Both the position numbers and the translations under genes were made by a program. From the NCBI RefSeq assembly GCF_009914755.1, contig NC_060933.1: 64,000 nt of DNA, one strand, 5' to 3'. The stretch's first letter is position 1. Each line of letters opens with the position of its first letter. This stretch comes from the human T2T-CHM13v2.0 reference genome, Homo sapiens. Below are positions 38,701-51,200 of the stretch, piece after piece. The notes under the pieces were generated by a model. The model ran no database searches. It was not told the DNA's origin and was given only the letters and a program-made list of their open reading frames with translations.

Positions 38701-41700
38701 AATGGAAACTACCCGAATGGAATGGAATGGAATGGAGTGTAAGGGAATTGAATAGAATCAATCCAAATGTAATGGAATGGAATGGAACGGAATGGAATGG
38801 AATGGAATGGAATGGAATGGAATGGAATGCAATGGAATGGAATCAACCCGAGTGCAATCGAATGGAATCGAATGGAATGGAATGCAATGGAATGGATTCA
38901 ACTTGAATGGAATGGAAAGAATGGAATCAACACGAGTGGAAGGGCATGGATTGGAATGCAATGGAATGGAAACAACCCGAGTACAGGGGAATGGAATGGA
39001 ATGGAATGCAATGGAATGGAATCATCTGTAATGGAATGGAAAGGAATGGAATGGAATGGAATGGAATGGAATGGAATGGAATGGAATCAACACGATTGCA
39101 ATCGAATGGAATGGAATGGAATTAACCCGAATAGAATGGAATGGAACGGAACGGAATGGAATGGAATGGAATGGAATGGAATGGAACGGAACGGAATGGA
39201 ATGGAATGGAATGGAATGGAATGGAATGGAATGGAATCAACGCGAGTGCAGGGGAATGGAATGGAATGGAATGCAATGGAATGGAATCTTCCGGAATGGA
39301 ATGGAATAGAATGGAATGGAATGGAATGGAATGGAATCAACCCGAGTACAGGGGAATGGAATGGAAGGTAATGCAATGGAAAGGAATCATCCGTAATGGA
39401 ATGGAAAGGAATGGAATGGAATGGAATGGAATGGAATGGAATGGAATGGAATCAAATCAATTGCAATCGAATGGAATGGAATCGAATTAACCCGAATAGA
39501 ATGGAATGGAATGGAATGGAACGGAACGGAACGGAACGGAATGGAATGGAATGGAATGGAATCGAATGGAATGGAACGGAAAGGAATGGAATTGAATGGA
39601 ATGGAATGGAATGGAATGGAATGGAATCAACGCGAGTGCAGGGGAATGGAATGGAATGGAATGCAATGGAATGGAATCTTCCGGAATGGAATGGAATGGA
39701 ATGGAATGGAATGGAATGGAATGGAATAAACCCGAGTGCAATGGAATGGAGGGGAATGGAATGGAATGGAATGGAACAACCCGAATGGAATGGAATGTAA
39801 TGGACTGTAAGGGAGTTGAATAGAGTCAATCCGAATGTAATGGAATGGAATGGAACGGAATGGAATTGAATGGAATGGAATGGAATGCAATGGAATGGAA
39901 TCAACCCGAGTGCAATGGAATGGAGAGGAATGGAATGGAATGGAATGGAAACTACCCGAATGGAATGGAATGTAATGGAGTGTAAGGGATTGAATAGAAT
40001 CAATCCGAATGTAATGGAATGGAATGGAACGGAATGGAATGGAATGGAATGGAATGGAATGGAATGGAATGCAATGGAATGGAATCAACCCGAGTGCAAT
40101 CGAATGGAATCGAATGGAATGGAATACAATGGAATGGATTCAACTTGAATGGAATGGAAAGAATGGAATCAACACGAGTGGAAGGGCATGGATTGGAATG
40201 CAATGGAATGGAATCAACCCGAGTACAGGGGAATGGAATGGAATGGAATGCAATGGAATGGAATCATCCGTAATGGAATGGAAAGGAATGGAATGGAATG
40301 GAATGGAATGGAATGGAATGGAATGGAATGGAATCAACACGATTGCAATCGAATGGAATGGAATGGAATTAACCCAAATAGAATGGAATGGAATGGAATG
40401 AAACGGAATGGAATGGAATGGAATGGAATGGAATGGAATGGAATGGAACGGAACAGAAAGGAATGGAATGGAATGGAATGGAATGGAATGGAATCAACGC
40501 GAGTGCAGGGGAATGGCATGGATTGGAATGCAACGGAATGGAATCTTCCGGAATGGAATGGAATGGAATGGAATGAAATGCAATGGATTCAACTCGATTG
40601 CAATGGAATGGAATAGAATGGAATGGAATGGAATGGAATGGGATTAACCCGAATAGAATGCAATGGAATGGAATGGAACGGAGTGGAACGGAATGGAATG
40701 GAATGGAATGGAATGGAATGAAATGGAATGGTATGGAATGGAATGGTACGGAATAGAATGGAATGGAACGAATTGTAATGGAATGGAATTGAATGGAATG
40801 GAATGGAATGGAATGGAATTAACGCGAGTGCAGGGGAATGTAATGGAACGGAATGCAATGGAATGGAATCATCCGGAATGGAATGGAATGGAATGGAATG
40901 GAATGGAATCAACCCGAGTGCAATGGAATGGAGTGGAATGGAATGGAATGGAATGGAATCAACGCGAGTGCAGGGGAATGGAATGGAATGGAATGCAATG
41001 GAATGGAATCTTCCGGAATGGAATGGAATGGAATGGAATGGAATGGAATGGAATAGAATCAACCCGAGTGCAATGGAATGGAGTGGAATGGAATGGAATG
41101 GAATGGAACAACCCGAATGGAATGGAATGTAATGGAGACTAAGGGAGATGAATAGAATCAATTAGAATGTAATGGAATGGAATGGAACGGAATGGAATTG
41201 AATGGAATGGAATGGAATGCAATGGAATGGAATCAACCCGAGTGCAATAGAATGGAGAGGAATGGAATGGAATGGAATGGAAACTACCCGAATGGAATGG
41301 AATGTAATGGAGTGTAAGGGAATTGAATAGAATCAATCCGAATGTAATGGAATGGAATGGAACGGAATGGAATGGAATGGAATGGAATGGAATGGAATGG
41401 AATGGAATGCAATGGAATGGAATCAACCCGAGTGCAATCGAATGGAATCGAATTGAATGGAATGCAATGGAATGGATTCAACTTGAATGGAATGGAAAGA
41501 ATGGAATCAACACGAGTGGAAGGGCATGGATTGGAATGCAATGGAATGGAAACAACCCGAGTACAGGGGAATGGAATGGAATGGAATGCAATGGAATGGA
41601 ATCATCCGTAATGGAATGGAAAGGAATGGAATGGAATGGAATGGAATGGAATGGAATTAACCCGAATAGAATGGAATGGAATGGAATGGAACGGAATGGA

Positions 41701-44700
41701 ACGGAATGGAATGGCATGGAAAGGAATGGAATGGAATGGTATGGAATGGAATGGAATGGTAGGGAATAGAATGGAATGGAACGAATTGTAATGGAATGGA
41801 ATGGAATGGAATGGAATGGAATGGAATGGAATGGAATGGAATCAACGCGAGTGCAGGGGAATGTAATGGAACGGAATGCAATGGAATGGAATCATCCGGA
41901 ATGGAATGGAATGGAATGGAATGGAATGGAATGGAATCAACCCGAGTGCAATGGAATGGAGTGGAATGGAATGGAATGGAATGGAACAACCCGAATGGAA
42001 TGGAATGTAATGGAGAGTAAGGGAGTTGAATAGAATCAATCGGAATGTAATGGAATGGAATGCAACGGAATGCAAAGGAATGGAATGGAATGGAATGGAA
42101 TGGAATGGAATGCAAAGGAATGGAATCAACCCGAGTGGAATGGCATGGAATGGAATGCAATGGAATGGAATGGAATGGAATCAACTCGAATGGAAAGGAA
42201 TGGAATGGAATGGAAAGGAATGGAATGAAATCAACTCGAGTGGAATGGAATGGAATGGATTGGAATGGATTGCAATGGAATGAAATGGAATGGAATGGAA
42301 TATAATCAATCATTCCGAGTGGAATGGAAGGGAATGTAATGGAGTGGAAAGAAGGGAATGGAATCAACCCGATTGGAATGCAAGGCAATGGAATCGAATG
42401 GAAAGGAATGGAATGGAATCAACTCGATTGCAATGGAATGGAATGGAATGGAATGGAATGGAATGGAATGGAATGGAATTAACCGGAATAGAATGGAATG
42501 CAATGGAATGGTACGGAATGGAATGGAATAGAAGGTAATGGAATCAACACGAGTGCAGGGGAATGGAATGGAATGGAATGCAATGGAATGGAATCATCCG
42601 GAATGGAATGGAATGGAATGGAATCAACTCCATTGCAATGGAATGGAATGGAATGGAATGGAATAGAATGGAATGGAATTAACCCGAATAGAATGGAATG
42701 CAATAGAATGGAATGGAACGGAACCGAATGGAGTGGAATGGAATGGAATGGAATCAACCTGAGTGCAGGGGAATGGAATGGAATGGAATGCAACGGAATG
42801 GAATCATCCGGAATGGAATGGAATGGAATGGAATGGAATCAAACCGAGTGCAATGGAATGGAGTGAAATGGAATGGAATGGAATGGAAACAACCAGAATG
42901 GATTGGAATATAATGGAGTGTAAGGGAATTGAATAGAATCAAAATGAATGTAATGAAATGGAATGGAACGGAATGGAATGGAATGGAATGGAATGGAATG
43001 GAATGGAATGGAATGGAATCAAACCGAGTGGAATGGCATGGAATGGAATGCAATGGAATGGAATGGAATGGAATGGAATGGTTCGGAATAGAATGGATTG
43101 GAACAAAATGGAATGGAATGGAATGGAAAGGAATGGAATAGAATGGAATAGAATGGAATGGAATGGAATCAAGTCGGTTGCAGTGGAATAGAATGGAATG
43201 GAATGGAACGGAGTGGAATGGAATGGAATGGAATGGAATGGAATTAAATGGAATGGAAAGGAATGGAATCAACCAGAGTGGAATGGAAGGGAATGGAATG
43301 GAATGGAAACTAATAGAATGGAATCAACCCGAGTGGAATGGAATGGAAAGGACTGGAATGGAATGGAATGGAATGGAATGGAATGGAATGGAATCAACTC
43401 GATTGTAATGGAATGGAATGGAATGGAATGGAATGGAATTAACCTGAATACAATGGAATGGAATGGAATGGAACGGAATGGAGTGGAATGGAATGGAATC
43501 AACCCGAGTGCAGGGGAATGGAATGGAATGGAATGCAATGGAATGGAATCATCCGGAATGGAATGGAATGGAATGGAATGCAAAGCAATGGAATCAACTC
43601 GATTGCAATGGAATGGAATGGAATGGAAGGGAATACATTGGAATCAACCCGAGTGGAATGGAATGGAAAGGACTGGAATGGAGTGGAATGGAATGGAATG
43701 GAATCAACTCGATTGGAATGGAATGGAATGGAATGGAATGGAATGGAATTAACCCGAATAGAATGGAATGGAATGGAATGGAATGGAATCAACGCGAGTG
43801 CAGGGGAATGGAATGGAATGGAAAGTAATGGAATGGAATCTTCCGGAATGGAATGGAATGGAATGGAATGGAATGAAAGGCAATGGATTCAACTCGATTG
43901 CAATGCAATGGAATAGAATGGAAGGGAATGGAATGGAATTGAATGGAATTGAATGGAATGGAATGCCTTCAAACCGAATGGAATGGAAAGGAATGGAATC
44001 AACACGAGTGGAAAGGAATGGAATGGAAAGGAATGGAAAGGAATGGAATGGTACCGAATAGAACGGAATGGAACGAACTGGAATGGAATGGAATGGATTG
44101 GAATGGAATGGAATGGAATGGAATGGAATCGTTCCGAGTGGAATAGGAGGGAATGTATTCGAGTGGAATGGAAAGGAAAGGAATCAACCAGAGTGGAATG
44201 GAAGGGAATGGAATGGAATGGAAAATAATAGAATGGAATCAACCCGAGTGGAATGGAATGGAAAGGACTGGAATGGAATGGAATGGAATGGAATGGAATG
44301 GAATGGAATGGAATCAACTCGATTGTAATGGAATGGAATGGAATGGAATGGAATGGAATGGAATGGAATGGAATGGAATTAACCCGAATACAATGGAATG
44401 GAATGGAATGGAACGGAATGGAGTGGAATGGAATGGAATCAACCCGAGTGTAATGGAATGGAAAGGACTGGAATGGAGTGGAATGGAATGGAATGCAATG
44501 GAATGGAATCAACTCGATTGGAATGGAATGGAATGGAATGGAATGCAATGGAATGGAATCTTCCGGAATGGAATGGAATGGAATGGAATGGAATGGAATC
44601 AACCCGAGTGCAATGGAATGGAGTGGAATGGAATGGAATGGTATGGAACAACCCGAATGGAATGGAATGTAATGGAGAGTAAGGGCGTTGAATAGAATCA

Positions 44701-45207
44701 ATCCGAATGGAATGGAATGGAATGGAACGGAATGGAATTGAATGGAATGGAATGGAATGCAATGGAATGGAATCAACCCGAGTGCAATGGAATGGAGTGG
44801 AATGGAATGGAATGGAATGGAAACTACCCGAATGGAATGGAATGTAATGGAGTGTAAGGGAATTGAATAGAATCAATCGGAATGTAATGGAATGGAATGG
44901 AACGGAATGGAATGGAATGGAATGGAATGGAATGGAATGGAATGCAATGGAATGGAATCAACCCGAGTGCAATCGAATGGAATCGAATGGAATGGAATGC
45001 AATGGAATGGATTCAACTTGAATGGAATGGAAAGAATGGAATCAACACGAGTGGAAGGGCATGGATTGGCATGCAATGGAATGGAAACAACCCGAGTACA
45101 GGGGAATGGAATGGAATGGAATGCAATGGAATGGAATCATCCGTAATGGAATGGAAAGGAATGGAATGGAATGGAATGGAATGGAATGGAATGGAATGGA
45201 ATGGAAT
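20724..45207 (+). repeat. Four tandem copies of a ~6.12-kb higher-order repeat (20724-26848, 26849-32973, 32974-39087, 39088-45207), with a partial fifth copy to ~45800
   Basis: Once-per-unit landmarks recur every 6114-6140 bp: ATATAATCAATCATTCC (~23931, 30061, 36176, 42300), GGTACC (25676, 31816, 37935, 44050), AAGGTAATGC (~21001, 27131, 33251, 39365, 45495) and CAAGTCGGTTGCAG (~24796, 30931, 37050, 43170). The ORF track repeats with the same period. Confidence 0.92.
27049..32325 (+). promoter_or_regulatory. Six perfect heat-shock elements per 6.12-kb unit (example: unit 2)
   Basis: GGAATCTTCCGGAAT starts at 27049, 27439, 28301, 28766, 31601 and 32311. Equivalent positions exist in the other units. 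Confidence 0.65.
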
Positions 45208-48200
45208 CAACACGATTGCAATCGAATGGAATGGAATGGAATTAACCCGAATAGAATGGAATGGAATGGAATGGAACGGAACGGAATGGAATGGAATGGA
45301 ATGGAATTGAATGGAACGGAACGGAATGGAATGGAATGGAATGGAATGGAATGGAATGGAATGGAATCAACGCGAGTGCAGGGGAATGGAATGGAATGGA
45401 ATGCAATGGAATGGAATCTTCCAGAATGCAATGGAATAGAATGGAATGGAATGGAATGGAATGGAATCAACCCGAGTACAGGGGAATGGAATGGAAGGTA
45501 ATGCAATGGAATGGAATCATCCGTAATGGAATGGAAAGGAATGGAATGGAATGGAATGGAATGGAATGGAATGGAATCACCTCGATTGCAATCGAATGGA
45601 ATGGAATGGAATTAACCCGAATAGAATGGAATCAAATGGAACGGAACGGAACGGAACGGAATGGAATGGAATGGAATGGAATGGAACGGAACGGAACGGA
45701 ATGGAATGGAATGGAATGGAATGGAATGGAATGGAATGGAATCAACGCGAGTGCAGGGGAATGGAATGGAATGGAATGCAATGGAATGGAATCTTCCGGA
45801 ATGGAATGGAATGGAATGAAATGGACTCAACTCGATTGCAATGGAATGGAATAGAATGGAATGGAATGGAATGGAATGGAATTAACCCGAATAAAATGGA
45901 ATGGATTGGGATGGAACGGAACGGAACGGAATGGAATGGAATGGAATGGAATGGAATGGAATGGTATGGAATGGAATGGAATGGTACGGAATAGAATGGA
46001 ATGGAAAGAATTGGAATGGAATGGAATCGAATGGAATGGAATGGAATGGAATGGAATCAACCCGAGTGCAGGGGAATGTAATGGAACGGAATGTAATCGA
46101 ATGGAATCATCCGGAATGGAACGGAATGGAATGGAATGGAATGGAATGGAACAAACTCCATTGTGATGGAATGGAATGGAATGGAATGGAATGGAATGGA
46201 ATGGAATGGAATTAACCCGAATACAATGGAATGGAATGGAATGGAACGGAATGGAGTGGAATGGAATGGAATCAACCCGAGTGCAGAGGAATGGAATGGA
46301 ATGGAATGCAATGGAATGGAATCATCCGGAATGGAATGGAATGGAATGGAATGCAAAGCAATGGAATCAACTCGATTGCAATGGAATGGAATGGAATGGA
46401 AAGGAATACATTGGAATCAACCCGAGTGGAATGGAATGGAAAGGACTGGAATGGAGTGGAATGGAATGGAATGGAATGGAATGGAATCAACTCGATTGGA
46501 ATGGAATGGAATGGAATGGAATGGAATGGAATTAACCCGAATAGAATGGAATGGAATGGAATGGAATGGAACGGAACGGAACGGAATGGAATGGAATGGA
46601 ATGGAATGGAATGGAATCAACCCGACTGCAGGGGAATGGAATGGAATGGAATGCAATGTAATGGATTCAACTTGAATGGAATGGAAAGAATGGAATCAAC
46701 ACGAGTGGAATGGCATGGATTGGAATGGAATGGAATGGAATCAACCCGAGTACAGGGGAATGGAATGGAATGGAATGCAATGGAATGGAATCATCCGTAA
46801 TGGAATGGAAAGGAATGGAATGGAATGGAATGGAATGGAATGGAATGGAATGGAATGGAATCAACTCGAATGCAGTCGAATGGAATGGAATGGAATTAAC
46901 CCGAATAGAATGCAATGGAATGGGATGGAACGGAACGGAACGGAACGGAATGGCATGGAATGGAATGGAATGGAATGGAACGGAAAGGAATGGAATGGAA
47001 TGGAATGGAATGGAATGGAATGGAATGGAATGAACGCGAGTGCAGGGGAATGGAATGGAATGGAATGCAATGGAATGGAATCTTCTGGAATGGAATGGAA
47101 TGGAATGGAATGGAATGGAAGGGAATGGAATAAACCCGAGTGCAATGGAATGGAGTGGAATGGAATGGAATGGAATGGAACAACCCGAATGGAATGGAAT
47201 GTAATGGAGAGTAAGGGAGTTGAATAGAATCAATCCGAATGTAATGGAATGGAATGGAACGGAATGGAATTGAATGGAATGGAATGGAATGCAATGGAAT
47301 GGAATCAACCCGAGTGCAATGGAATGGAGAGGAATGGAATGGAATGGAATGGAAACTACCCGAATGGAATGGAATGTAATGGAGTGTAAGGGAATTGAAT
47401 AGAATCAATCCGAATGTAATGGAATGGAATGGAACGGAATGGAATGGAATGGAATGCAATGGAATGGAATGGAATGCAATGGAATGGAATCAACCCGAGT
47501 GCAATCGAATGGAATCGAATGGAATGGAATGCAATGGAATGGATTCAACTTGAATGGAATGGAAAGAATGGAATCAACACGAGTGGAATGGCATGGATTG
47601 GAATGCAATGGAATGGAATCAACCCGAGTACAGTGGAATGGAATGGAATGGAATGCAATGGAATGGAACCATCCGTAACGGAATGGAAAGGAATGGAATG
47701 GTATGGAATGGAATGGAATGGAATGGATTGGAATCAACACGATTGCAATAGAATGGAATGGAATGGAATTAACCCAAATAGAATGGAATGGAATGGAATG
47801 GAACGGAACGGAACAGAATGGAATGGAATGGAATGGAATGGAACGGAACGGAACGGAATGGAATGGAATGGAATGGAATGGAATGGAATGGAATGGAATC
47901 AACGTGAGTGCAGGGGAATGGAATGTAATGGAATGCAATGGAATGGAATCTTCCGGAATGGAAAGGAATGGAATGGAATGGAATCAACCCGAGTGCAATG
48001 GAATGGAGTGGAATGGAATGGAATGGAATGGAACAACCCGAATGGAATGGAATGTAATGGAGAGTAAGGGAGTTGAATAGAATCAATCCGAATGTAATGG
48101 AATGGAATGGAAAGGAATGGAATTGAATGGAATGGAATGGAATGCAATGGAATGGAATCAACCCGAGTGCAATGGAATGGAGAGGAATGGAATGGAATGG

Positions 48201-51200
48201 AGTGGAAACTACCCGAATGGAATGGAATGTAATGGAGTGTAAGGGAATTGAATAGAATAAATCCGAATATAATGGAAAGGAATGGAACGGAATGGAATGG
48301 AATGGAATGGAATGGAATGGAATGGAATGGAATGCAATGGAAAGGAATCAACTCGAGTGCAATCGAATGGAATCGAATGGAATGGAATGCAATGGAATGG
48401 AATCAACTCGATTGCAATCGAATGGAATGGAATGGAATTAACCCGAATAGAATGGAATGGAATGGAATGGAAAGGAACGGAATGGAATGGAATGGAATGG
48501 AATGGAATGGAATGGAACGGAACAGAATGGAATGGAATGGAATCAACGCGAGTGCAGGGGAATGGAATGGAATGGAATGCAATGGAATGGAATCTTCCGG
48601 AATGGAATGGAATGGAATGGAATGGAATGGAATCAACGCGACTGCAGGGGAATGGAATGTAATGGAATGTAATGGAATGGAATCTTCCGGAATGGAATGG
48701 AATGGAAAGGAATCAACCCGAGTGCAGTGGAATGGAGTGGAATGGAATAGAATGGAATGGAACAACCCGAATGGAATCGAATGTAATGGAGAGTAAGGGA
48801 GTTGAATAGAATCAATCCGAATGTAATGGAATGGAATGGAACGGAATGGAATTGAATGGAATGGAATGGAATGCAATGGAATGGAATCAACCCGAGTGCA
48901 ATGGAATGGAGAGGAATGGAATGGAATGGAGTGGAAACTACCCGAATGGAATGGAACGTAATGGAGTGTAAGGGAATTGAATAGAATCAATCCGAATGTA
49001 ATGGAATGGAATGGAACGGAATGGAATGGAATGGAATGGAATGGAATGGAATCAACCCGAGTGCAATCGAATGGAATCGAATGGAATTGAATGCAATGGA
49101 ATGGATTCAACTTGAATGGAATGGAAAGAATGGAATCACCACGAGTGGAATGGCATGGATTGGAATGGAATGCAATGGAATCAACCCGAGTACAGGGGAA
49201 TGGAATGGAATGGAATGCAATGGAATGGAATCATCCGTAATGGAATGGAAAGGAATGGAATGGAATGGAATGGAATGGAATGGAATGGAATGGAATGGAA
49301 TCAACTCGATTGCAATCGAATGGAATGGAATGGAATTAACCCGAATAGAATGGAATGGAATGGAATGGAATGGAACGGAATGGAATGGAATGGAATGGAA
49401 TGGAACGGAACGGAATGGAATGGAATGGAATGGAATGGAATGGAATGGATTCAACGCGAGTGCAGGGGAATGGAATGGAATGGAATGCAATGGAATAGAA
49501 TCCTCCGGAATGGAATGGAATGGAATGGAATGGAATGGAATGAAATGCAATGGATTCAACTCGATTGCAATGGAATGGAATAGAATGGAATGGAATGGAA
49601 TTAACCCGAATAGAATGGAATGGAATGCAATGGAACTGAATGGAACGGAATGGAATGGAATGGAATGGAATGGAATGGTATGGAATGGAATGAAATGGTA
49701 CGGAATAGAATGGAAAGGAACGAATTGTAATGGAATGGAATTGAATGGAATGGAATGGAATCAACGCGAGTGCAGGGGAATGTAATGGAACGGAATGCAA
49801 TGGAATGGAATCATCCGGAATGGAATGGAATGGAATGGAATGGAATGGAATGGAATCAACCCGAGTACAATGGAATGGAATGGAATGGAATGGAATGGAA
49901 TGGAATGGAATGCCTTCAAACCGAATGGAATGGAAAGGAATGGAATCAAAACGAGTGGAATGGAATGGAATGGAATGGAATGGAATGGAATGGAATGATA
50001 CGGAATAGAATGGAATCGAACGAAATGGAATGGAATGGAATGGAATGGAATCGTTCCGAGTGGAATAGGAAGGAATGTATTCGAGTGGAATGGAAAGGAA
50101 TGGAATCAACCAGAGTGGAATGGAAGGGAATGGAATGGAATGGAAACTAATAGAATGGAATCAACCCGAGTGGAATGGGATGGAAAGGACTGGAATGGAA
50201 TGGAATGGAATGGAATGGAATGGAATCAACTCGATTGTAATGGAATGGAATGGAATGGAATGGAATGGAATGGAATTAACCTGAATACAATGGAATGGAA
50301 TGGAATGGAACGGAATGGAGTGGAATGGAATGGAATCAACACGAGTGCAGGGGAATGGAATGGAATGGAATGCAATGGAATGGAATCATCCGGAATGGAA
50401 TGGAATGGAATGGAATGCAAAGCAATGGAATCAACTCGATTGCAATGGAATGGAATGGAATGGAAAGGAATACATTGGAATCAACCCGAGTGGAATGGAA
50501 TGGAAAGGACTGGAATGGAGTGGAATGGAATGGAATGGAATCAACTCGATTGGAATGGAATGGAATGGAATGGAATGGAATGGAATGGAATGGAATTAAC
50601 CCGAATAGAATGGAATGGAATGGAATGGAATGGAATGGAATCAACGCGAGTGCAGGGGAATGGAATGGAATGGAATGTAATGGAATGGAATCTTCCGGAA
50701 TGGAATGGAATGGAATGGAATGGAATGAAAGGCAATGGATTCAACTCGATTGCAATGCAATGGAATAGAATGGAAGGGAATGGAATGGAGTGGAATGGAA
50801 TTGAATGGAATGGAATGCCTTCAAACCGAATGGAATGGAAAGGAATGGAATCAACACGAGTGGAAAGGAATGGAATGGAAAGGAATGGAATGGAATGGAA
50901 TGGTACCGAATTGAACGGAATGGAACGAACTGGAATGGAATGGAATGGATTGGAATGGAATGGAATGGAATGGAATGGAATCGTTCCGAGTGGAATAGGA
51001 GGGAATGTATTCGAGTGGAATGGAAAGGAATGGAATCAACCAGAGTGGAATGGAAGGGAATGGAATGGAATGGAAACTAATAGAATGGAATCAACCCGAG
51101 TGGAATGGAATGGAAAGGACTGGAATGGAATGGAATGGAATGGAATGGAATGGAATGGAATCAACTCGATTGTAATGGAATGGAATGGAATGGAATGGAA

